Positions 54,156 to 64,000 of a stretch of 64,000 nt of DNA are shown in pieces. The translations under genes were made by a program, and so were the position numbers. Under the pieces are notes generated by a model. That model did not search any database, was not told where the DNA came from, and worked only from the letters and a program-made list of their open reading frames with translations. Source of the stretch: Lama glama (lineage: Eukaryota); contig CM052817.1 of NCBI GenBank assembly GCA_028534125.1, forward strand, positions 33,668,001 to 33,732,000, written 5' to 3'. The stretch's first letter is position 1; every line of letters starts with the position of its first letter.

Positions 54156-55014
54156 AGTGGTGTACATGGGCCAGACGAAGGGGCCATGCCCCAGTTCTTT
54201 GTCCTCTATGCATCGCCCCTGGACAGAGGCAGGAGAAGATGATGATAGAGTGCCCCCTGGTTCAAGGTCCAAATTGCTTATGAGTCTCTCTTTTTTTCCG
54301 CCTTCATTCAGGATATTGCTTTCTCTGCCCCATTCAGCAGACTACATACAATTATTTAGGCAGAAGCACATGGCATTATTTTGGAGGCTTAGAAGTGTGA
54401 TTTCTCTCAACCAATTTCAGTATAAGATATAGACAGCCCTTGTTTATTTGTATGCAGTGGGGAATTTTAAAAGTATAATTTTTGTTTGTCTTTGTCTCTG
54501 GCATGTGTTAGAGATTTGGAGATGGGGAAAGTGGCCTGACTTACCTTTCTACTTATCCTTTGCTCAGAACAGTTTTTAAATGTACTTATATTCCTTTAGC
54601 AAACAGTGTTTCTCCAAGCTTTGGGTAGTTCTGGGGTAGGGGGCAGGCTGAGCAGTGGGTCTTGGAGCCCCGTCCCCCAGATCTGTCATCTATCTGGTTA
54701 CTTTGTGTTTGCGAGCTCTGACTATTTCAACTGTAAAAGAGGGTGTTGCTTCTAAATAAAGTTAGAAAATTACATTGGGATAAATAACATAAGAAAGGTG
54801 CCAAGAACTTTTCTAGGGGTGCACAAGGCTGGTCTTTAGAACTTGACACATATTCCAAGAGAGAATAATTCTAGTTGATAGGTAATTGTTGTATTAGATA
54901 ACTAGAACTTCTGCAAGGGCGATGATACATTTGATCTTCTTTGAACCACACAAAGTATGTCCCAGATAACTATACCAGGTCAGACTGTGGCCCAGCTGGG
55001 CTGAACATGGTGAG

Positions 55015-55389
55015 GGTCTTAGCTTGGGCTGTCATGACACAACACCACAGACTGAGGGATTTGAACAACAGGAATTTATTTCTCGTATTTCTGGAGGCTG
55101 CAAGTTCAAGATTAAGGTGTTGGCAGGTTTGGTTTCTCCCGAGGCCTCTTTCCTTGGCTTGCACGTGGCCACCTTCTCACTGTGCCCTCACTTGAGCTTT
55201 TTCTATATGTGTATTTCTGGTGTCTCATCCTCTTCTTATAAGGACACCAATCCTGTTGGGTTAGTGCCCCACCTTTATTACCTCATTTAACCTTAATTAC
55301 CACCCTAAAGGTCCTGTCTCCAAATATGGTCACATTGGGGGTCAGGGTTTTAGCCTATGAATTTGGGGGGACACATTCAGCCCATAAAA
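55015..55389. mobile_element. MLT1A-like MaLR solo LTR with 5-bp TSD GTGAG
   Basis: CACCACAGACTG...AATTTATTTCTC...TTCTGGAGGCTG...TCTTCTTATAAGGACACCAATC...GGGGGACACATTCAGCCCATAA; GTGAG at 55010-55014 and 55390-55394. Confidence 0.8.
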
Positions 55390-56330
55390 GTGAGGGGGGA
55401 TCCCAGACTTAGGCTGCTCTGGGTGTAGGCAGCCAGGAGTGAGCATGGTGGTCCTGTGGAACCCTCTCCTCAAGGCTCAAGATGTGTGGCCTCGGGAGGG
55501 GAGTGGGCCTAAGGAGTCAGGACTTGGGGGTGCTGGGTCAGAGCCTACCAGGAGCCAGGCTCTGGGCTCTAAGGGGGGCACCGTGGCTCGGGGACCAGAT
55601 ATAAGCCCAGTCGTCAGCATGAGGAACCGCTCTGAAGCCTGACGAGCAGCGAGGATGATGTGGGGTTGGGTCATGGGGGAGTTAGCTCTTTCTGTGCCCA
55701 TACTCCTGCCTTCCTCTGTGAGATGCACTGGCGGAGAAAGGAGTAAGCCAGGCCCAGGGGAGCCAGTGCCAGGGAGACTGACTCAGCCACAGGGCCCAGC
55801 TGTGAAATTCGTCCCAAGAGGGAGGCTGGTGGTCCAAATCACAGCATCCAGGGAAGTGTCATCAACACAGGTGCTAGCTGGGTTGGGGTCAATATAATAT
55901 CCAAGGATTGACTCAGGCCTCCAGCCATTGGCCAAGATCCCAGGAACTGGGCCTCCTGGGAAGAGGGGTGGTCAGGACTAGTCAAGACCAGCTAAGGGGA
56001 CGGGGGTTTAGTGAGGCCTTGGGACCAGGGCGTAAGTGGGGAGGGAGGGTGGAGTACAAATAGGAACTGAGCGAAAGCTCAGTCTTAGGGAAGGGCCCAA
56101 CCTGGGGAGTTGTGGAGGGGGACCTCCGTCCAGTAGTCCCATAGGTTCTAAGGGTTCTCTGGGCCGCAGGGGCCTGTGGGAGGATGGAAGCGCCTGTTTC
56201 CTGTAGGCTGCTATTGGCCGGGCTCAGTTCTCTGCTTGGAAACTGACATGGAAAGGAAGGGAGAGAGGCTGAGGGTCAGGCCTGGCCTGCCAGGCAGGAA
56301 ATAGCTGAAGGGGTCGAAAGCCCCTATTTG

Positions 56331-56331
<1 letters not shown>

Positions 56332-56362
<31 letters not shown>
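56332..56362. repeat. (TG)n microsatellite
   Basis: Direct read. Confidence 0.9.
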
Positions 56363-56363
<1 letters not shown>

Positions 56364-56927
56364 TGAGGTGCCTTCCCACCTTCGCCAGCCGATGCTACGG
56401 CTTATATGCTGCGTGTACAGCATTGTGCTGCAGCCTCACAGGGGAGAGGTGAAGCATGGTCCTGCCGTCAGCAGATGATGATCGCTCAGAGCAAAAAGAG
56501 ATCCATGAAAATTTAGCAACACAAGACAAGATAACAATGAGACAGTAAAAGTTCAGAGACAGGAAGACCAACAGGCCATACTGACAGTCTGGAAATTTTA
56601 GAGAGGATTTAGATTTTTGTGAAAAATTTTAAATGTCCAGAAAAAGTGAAAGAACACATCTACCACTTAGATTTAGCAGTTGTTAATATTGTGCTGTGTT
56701 TGTCTTGTCTGTCTGTCCATCTGCCTACCTATATGCATAAAATAGGTGTCGTGTGTATCACACACTCATACTTTTTTTTTTCTTGCTAAATCATTTGAAA
56801 CTCCACACACCTCCTAAGGGGATACTTTCCTATGTAGCCATAATAGCATGATCACATGTGAGAAAATTAACAGCTGTTCCCTAATATCTAATATCCAGGC
56901 CCTATTCACATTCAGGTAAGAGCTTGA

Positions 56928-57170
56928 ATAATAATAGCAATGTCATAGCTAACGTTTACTGAGCACTTACTATGTGCTAGGCACTGTGCTCAGTGCTTTA
57001 TGGCTATTACCTCATTTAATCACTCCAACAAACAGGACTATTGTCAGGCACAGTTGTCATGCTGTTTTCGAGGCAAGGGGGCAAGTTCAGGAGGTTAAGT
57101 GACTTGTGTCATGTCCCACAACTGATATGTGGTTGACCATTCTAGATCTAAGGTTTTCTGACTCTAGAAC
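56928..57170 (-). mobile_element. MIR SINE
   Basis: AGCTAACGTTTACTGAGCACTTACTATGTGCTAGGCACTGTGCT...GAGGTTAAGTGACTTG. Confidence 0.7.
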
Positions 57171-57623
57171 TGCCCCCTCAGTAAGTAAAGAGCCTTCACC
57201 TAGGCCTTCAAGATCCAAAGAGCGTGGATGTAGGAGGAGAGAAGAAGGGGAGGAGGGGAGAGAGGGCATTTCCTGGGCTTGGGTGAGATCCTGAGACCAC
57301 AGTTTAGACGTTCAGGAGGTTTCAGAGCAAGCAACTGACTGGCCTGGCTGCACTTTGCCCCTGGTTTCATCCTTCTGCTTTTTCTTTCCTAGGCTTTTTG
57401 TTCAGGCCTTGCTTGTTTTCTCTTCCACTAGGATTGAGCAGAGAATGTAGAAATTGTCACAGCTTGTCAGCAGCTTTGGTGAAAGGCTTGGCAGAAGAGA
57501 GGGGGCCCTCAGGAGTAGGGATGCCCTGCGGATCCGGGTTTCCCATGTGGCCCGCTGCAGTGCAGTGGGTGATGGGTCTGGCTTGGTGGCAGAACCTTGC
57601 CCGACTGGGTAGCCTGAGTTTGA

Positions 57624-57881
<258 letters not shown>

Positions 57882-57940
57882 CTGGCAGATTCGGGGGGGA
57901 CCCTCCACTCTCCTGGAACCATCTTGGATCCTTTTAAGAA

Positions 57941-58390
57941 AACCACTTTATTGCAATGCAAAATTTGAGAAGAGGACTTGGATGATGTGTGAAGAAGAGT
58001 TCCCGGCCAAGGGCCTCAGGGAACCTTCTATATAGGAAGGAATGGACTATTTTGAAATGAACTTTTTCAGCATTGCCTCTCGCAATGCTTCAGTAGCATC
58101 TCAGCGGCGTGCGAAGTTTGGAGGTAGATGGACAAGGAAATCATGGGCCACGGAAGACGAACTTTGTGTTTCAAGGGCATTGGTGAGATTCCAACGTACA
58201 CAACTTTTACTGCAACAAAACTCCAGCATTGTAATTATGTAAATAACTCTAACCAAGGATGTGTTTTGATTTGTATTAACTATCTTCTCTGGACTTCTGA
58301 AGAGACCACTCAACCCATCCATGTACTTCCTGCTGGAAACCTGGTATCAGCTGCTGTTGAACTTTCTTGTGAAGTACATGCAAAACCACT
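57941..58390 (+). promoter_or_regulatory. Two miR-140-5p 7mer-m8 sites AACCACT (57941-57947; 58384-58390)
   Basis: Seed matches read directly; miR-140 repression of pdgfra is established in zebrafish palate development. Confidence 0.6.
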
Positions 58391-60295
58391 TTTGAACCTT
58401 AAAAGGTACTGGTACTATAGCATTTAATTTTTTTTTTTAGTGTTAAAGAGATAAAGGATAATAATTAACCAACCTTGTTTATTAGATTTGGGTCATTTAT
58501 AAACCCAACAACTCATTTTCATATTGTAATCTACGTTTATAATAATACTACTGTTATCGGTAATGCTAAATGTGTAATATGTAACACATTTTCCCTACAA
58601 AAAAAAGCACAATTAAAAAAAATCCTTACTAAGTAGGTGACAAGTTTGACAGTTTTTGACATTTCTATTAAATAACATGTTTCTCTAGAAAATACGGTTA
58701 TAGCTTTAGTGGATTAAATTTAGCTGAACATAGAGAACAAAATAAAAGTAGTGTCTTCCAGGAAGTCAGAGTTTTTAACCGTGTACTGAATAGCTTCCCT
58801 AATCTGTTGTACTAAAAACAATTAACTGCCCTCTGAAGTAATGGGATTTAAAATAAATAAACAAGCCCCTAAATCCTAAATATTAAGGCATGAGTCTACG
58901 CCTAACATGACTTGTCATGTTATTACTCGGTGGAAAAGATAATCATCAGCAAAAAGACTGGATTTGCAGAGGTTTTTTTCATACCTGGTGATAACTCTGG
59001 TGGATCTCAACATATATATATATTTGATTCTGTGAACCCTAAAAGAGTCAGAAGGATGCCCTGAACAGGAGCCCCCTTCCTTCATCTCTTACCCCCAAGA
59101 GAAATAGTTTGAAATTCTGAGACAATAAAGGCGTTTAGTGAAGGCTGTGTGCCTTAGCCTGGACTTGGTCTCCAAATGTAACTGTCAGCCAGGATCACCA
59201 GACTCTAGGTCCTTATCCCAGAGATTCTGAATGGTGAGGTCTGGGGGAGCAGAGACCTGTATTTTCGCAAACATCCTGGCTGTTCTGATCAGCCAGACTT
59301 GGGAAACACCAATATAGATGGCAGAAAGTAGCCATGGGAAAAAAACAATTTGAAATTAGGATCTGGGCTAGAAATCAGCCATGTAGGAAGCCTACTGTTT
59401 AAATCTTGGCTCTGGGTCAGTGATGTTTAATGCCATTTATCTATCAATTGCTACCCTTCGTTTAACTTTCCAGTCTTATCTAAGGCTGAGCAAGTGAAAC
59501 CTTGGCTTTTCCGATCTTCTCACTGCATGAGGGAACTGAATTCCCTCCCCACCAACTTCCCCCCAAAAGCATGTACAAATGATGCAATTCAGTGTACCAA
59601 GTCTGTAAAACCAGGTCAATATTTTGGTGCAAAAAATGGAAAGTTTTACTGGTATCTTGGGGTTAGATGGGAGGACAGATTGTCACATCCATCCAAACTG
59701 TCAAACCAGTTGGTGTGGGTTCATCGGCATTCTCTGCAATGCCGCTTAATTGCTGATACCATATGAATGAAACATGGGCTGTAATTACTGCAATCACTGT
59801 ACGTGCTCCTGGCAGGTGATGTGTTGGAAGATGTAGAAGCAATCGCAAGGTACTTGACTACCTACTGGTATAATCTCAATGCAAGCCCCACCTTTCTTAC
59901 GGTAAGCGTGAAGACTGAGCCATATTGGGCAATTAAAAAAGAAACCCTGACTAGGTTCTGTAGAGCCCATTAGACTTGAAATACATTTGTGTTTCTAGAA
60001 TCACAGCTCAAGCACTCTGTTTCTCTCTCCCTCTCCCTTGTACAGCCTTCTTTTGTTGGTGCTTTGCACTTTGATGTCCTTTGAGTCTTGAGTGACATCA
60101 TGAAGCTGGATGAAAATTCTCAGACCAGCAGGGTCTAGTCCTCACGAACGCTCTCACCCGAGTTTGTGTGTGACTGCATTTTTTTTTTTAATGTAACAGT
60201 GTTTTCAGTGTATCGTAGATTTGTTTCCTTTTTGGCCTCCTGCAAAGTCCCCAGATGAAAATTTGTCAATGCTTCCTGCTTTCTATTTTTATGAA

Positions 60296-60303
60296 GACAA
60301 TCA
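60296..60303 (+). promoter_or_regulatory. miR-219-5p 8mer site GACAATCA
   Basis: Exact complement of seed GAUUGUC plus A1; PDGFRA is an established miR-219 target in oligodendrocyte differentiation. Confidence 0.75.
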
Positions 60304-60473
60304 AAGTTGGCCTGAGAAACACAATTTGTGACTTTTCAAATGATCGATGATGTCCTTAAAATGTGGTCTGCCAATCTGTACAAAACGGTCCTATTTTTGT
60401 GAAGAGGGACGTGAGATAAAATGATGTTATACATCAATATGTATATATGTATTTCTATATAGACTTGGAGAAT

Positions 60474-60509
60474 ACTGCCAAAACATTTATGACAAGCTGT
60501 ATCACTGCC
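60474..60509 (+). promoter_or_regulatory. Two miR-34/449 family seed sites (ACTGCCA 60474-60480; CACTGCC 60503-60509)
   Basis: Seed matches read directly; miR-34a regulation of PDGFRA is established. Confidence 0.65.
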
Positions 60510-60749
60510 TTTGTTTATATTTTTTTAACTGTGATGTTCCCCACAGGCACATTAACTGTTGCACTTTTGATTGTCCAAAATTTTTATTTTAGAAATAATA
60601 AAGAGAAAAATATGTACGTGTTCCCAAACAGTGGTGTGGTGAATGTTCGAGAACTAACTCTATAGGAAGGGTCTGCCAATACAATTGTATTACAAATGCC
60701 CCATTCATGTTTTTGTTTTAAGACATGTAAATGAAGATCTTTATATTTC

Positions 60750-60755
60750 AATAAA
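60750..60755 (+). terminator. Distal polyadenylation signal AATAAA (further hexamers at 60597, 58741, 58851)
   Basis: AATAAA preceded by TGTA motifs and followed by GT/T-rich TTGTTGTCTTT. Confidence 0.75.
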
Positions 60756-61180
60756 TAAGATATATATACGTATAATTTAAAGTTATGCTGAAGTTCCAGC
60801 ATTGTTGTCTTTAGTTTAACCATAAATTACAGCAATCCTGTTTAATTTACTTTCTTAGCAAAGTAGGACTCTGTATTGTGGTTTTCATGAAGCTGGTAGG
60901 AAATTTTAGATTTAAATATTATTTGAACTAGTTAGTTCTCAGACGCAGTATTTGACTTCAAGATGACTGGCCCTTGGCTCATCCTTATCCTGTCTTTTCT
61001 TTGTTATAATAGTACTTTCATGTGTGGTATTTTTTCCCCCACACAAATACAGGGTTGCATTTACTGTGGACACCATTCAGACTTTGCAGAAGGACGTAAA
61101 GTAAAAGGTTAAAGTCTTTTTCACCATAGCTTCTTCCCTGTCCTGGTCCCAGTTCTCAGAGATGGAATTGCATCTTTTCT

Positions 61181-61260
61181 CTTCCTTCCTTCCTTCCTTC
61201 CTTCCTTCCTTCCCTCCTTCCTTCCTTCCTTTTTCTTTCTCTTTCTCTCTTTCTTTCTAT
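61181..61260. repeat. (CTTC)n polypyrimidine tract
   Basis: Direct read. Confidence 0.85.
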
Positions 61261-61424
61261 TTTTTCAGAACTGCGTCTTCTGTGTGCTTTTATCCTTTCA
61301 GCCCCTTTCGGTGCATCTGCTTATATACATATATATACATCTCTATTTTTGCTTCATATTTTACCTAAATGGGATTGTATTTTATGTAATGCTTTGTAAT
61401 ATGCTTTGTTCTTTTTCTTTTTAA

Positions 61425-61605
61425 AAAAATAGACAATTTTTTTAAGACCAGTTTTAACTTCACAGCAAAACTGAGCAAAGGTACAGAGATTTCCCTTCTT
61501 GCCTCCACTCCCACACGTGCACAGCTTCACATCCCCCCCAGAGTGGTACCTTTGTTACAGTTGATGAACCTACATTGACACGTCATTATCACCAGAGTCC
61601 ACAGT
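61425..61605 (-). mobile_element. Old L1M 3' end, same family as 32988-33192
   Basis: CAGTTTTAACTTCACAGCAAAACTGAGC...CAGAGTGGTACCTTTGTTACAGTTGATGAACCTACATTGACAC. Confidence 0.75.
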
Positions 61606-64000
61606 GTTTTTTTCTCTTAATGCTGTATTTTAGAGATATCTGTCAGAAGATAGACAGACCTCCCTCATTTTTTATCAGCAGCATAGTATCCCATTATGTA
61701 AATATACCATAATTTATGCAATCATGTTCCTGTAGATAGATTTATAGTTTCTAGTCCTTTGCTATTTAAATGACTCATGAAAATCCTTGCACGTACACAC
61801 ATCCTTGTGCACATATAGTAGTGTTTTGTCAGGATAGATTCCTAGAAATCAACCTGCTAGGCCAAAGCAGGTGCAGAAATAAGTTGACATTGAGCCCAAG
61901 CCTTCAGATATGATTGTCACAGTAAGTTCTTCAATGGCTGCAAGTGAATCACCTGCTCTGCCAGTTCCCTGCCGTTTCCTAGGATTTCCTCTGCCTCACA
62001 TTGCTCAGTGGGATGTGATGTGTGTGGCAGGATGTGGGTTTTTGTGTTCTAAAGCATGCCGAATCAAAAGACTTTAGGAACTAAAAAATCAAAAAACAAA
62101 AAACAACTCACCTCGTTTTCAACTCATGGATAATGGAAGTTGATTATGCTAATAATTGGAATATAGCGCCCTGTTCCAGCATAACTCCTTGTTGCCCAAG
62201 TTCAGGTAGCCTGCAGATCAAAGCACACTTCCTTGCAGTTAAGGCTGGAAGGAGTGTGGCTGCAGGTTGCGTATTGGATCTGCCTCTGTTCCAGCCCCAG
62301 GAGGGAGGCAGATCGTAGGGAGAAATAATCCTGCTGATGAAACAATAGCGGCCTAATCTAGCATCAAATTGGGGCTCCAAGCCTGTGGAGAGGTCTTTTT
62401 GTTCTCCTTTTTAATGTATAATTCTACCTCTTAATTTAATGCAGACAGTTCTGCCTATTTTATACAGTATGGTAACAAAAAATGGCTTTTACTATTGGAA
62501 GATTTTAAAACTGCTTCAAGATCCTTCTCATTTTTATTTATTTTGATTCTTACAATAGTGCGTTGAGGAAGGGAAGACTTTATAGCTGAGGAAATCACAT
62601 GATTTCTAAAAATCATAACAATTCCAGCAATGAGAACCTTGGGATTAGAAATTCCAAATACACTAATTCCAATGTTGTTTGCGCTACAACACACAGAGGA
62701 AAAGCAAGAGTTACTGGGAAATGTCAGTGTTCAGAAGTAAGTTGCTTTGCTTCTTGAAATATTTCAAAAGACAATTGATGGACTAGCTGGCCTGCAGAAC
62801 TGTTTTGCATGTCTGTGTAAGAGCAATTTCTTTTCAGGCTCTACTACAACAGTTCTAATAATGGATATTATGATTTTAATAGCTATGTGGTCCATAAAAT
62901 GCAGTTCAGGAAAATGGCTTAGAATATCCGAAACCATCATAAAACTAGGCAATTTTCCCTGGGTAACAGAGTGATAGAAATAAATGCTTCATTATCTCTG
63001 ACTTCAAATACATACAAGGATTAAGTCCAACCAGATTGTTACAGCAAAATTAATATACTGTGTTTATAATAGACACAATTTTTCACCCTCACCCTTAAAA
63101 TATATGTGAAAATTATATATATATGTGTGTGTATATATATATCCCCTTAATTAGCAGATCACAGCATTTTGTTCCACCCAGTTACATAAACATCATCCGT
63201 GTCCTGAAGAATAATGAACGCATCCCCCGTGTATTCCTACATGGATAATGTTTCCATCATCCACATTCTTGTCTACATATATAGTGACAGAGACATCAAG
63301 GACACATGGTCTCACATGGCTGGGGGAGTATATTTGCTCCCTGTTTCTGGTAATAGGCTAATTGGAATTTTAAAAAGATTTGCCACATTATCCTGGCAGA
63401 TGGTATTTTGCTTTATCATTATTCATGGGTATTAATGACTTCCCTCTGGAGCATGTGTATCCTGTCTATTTTGAATTTCATTACATTTCATGCTGACTGC
63501 TCCAAACAGAATCAGATCCAGTATTTTCTGTGCAGTGCCTTAAGCTGCAGATTGTTTGGTTGGTCCAAGTTTCAGGCTTGATGAGGAAGTAAGTAACTTT
63601 TCTTGGAAATGAAGAAAACCTTTTTTCCCCCTGTCCTGAGGATGGCATTACATTTCTTATTTTGTTGAGCTTGCTATCCCGCAGGATGGCGTGCGATATC
63701 TGGTGTATTAGAAGACAGTTCCAGAGTGGATGCATCTTTCACTAGCCTGAGGTTATTGGACATCCTTTCTTCCTAGAGAGGCTGGGGTTTGGTTTTCTAA
63801 ATGGAGAAAATGCATGAGAACATGATGCAGTGATCCGGCCCAAGAAAGTAATTTTTTAATTAATTCCTTCAACAAATACATATTAGAGAACAGCCTTTCC
63901 TTTGTTTTGTTGATCTCTAGAATGCTTATACCTAAATTAGGCAGCTGGCAGGCTTTCCACCTGGCTAATTACCTGAGGGGAACGTTATGTGACAGCAGAG

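Larger units (their letters stand above)
57882..60785 (+). other. PDGFRA: PDGFRA 3'UTR (~2.9 kb; end approximate)
   Basis: AU-rich sequence after the stop; ends ...CTTTATATTTCAATAAA...TATAATTTAAAGTTA like the recalled human mRNA end. Confidence 0.8.

Overview
Mammalian genomic DNA containing the complete PDGFRA gene (platelet-derived growth factor receptor alpha) on the + strand. It has a non-coding exon 1 ending at 17602, 22 coding exons (ATG 27130, stop TAA ending 57881) and a ~2.9 kb 3'UTR ending near 60785. The coding exons were traced by hand: all have GT-AG junctions, and they sum to 3270 nt (1089 aa plus stop) with intact Ig, transmembrane, kinase and PDZ-binding motifs. Five tRNA-Ala(AGC)-derived vic-1-like SINEs suggest a camelid genome (inference). 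The rest is promoter CpG islands, ordinary repeats (L1, L2, MIR, MLT1, Tigger1, MER5) and one 100-N gap. I cannot support a wholly new gene system here. The best leads are: a SINE head fused to an L1 tail inside a single target-site duplication; a focal AT-to-GC shift next to exon 6, suggestive of GC-biased gene conversion; a 118-bp locally templated insertion into an L2; five co-oriented CTCF motifs around the promoter; an altered octamer at the intron-12 internal promoter; intronic truncation signals; and a 3'UTR segment that could mask the miR-219 site. Comparisons with human or mouse and repeat subfamily names are recalled from memory, not searched, and need checking by alignment.
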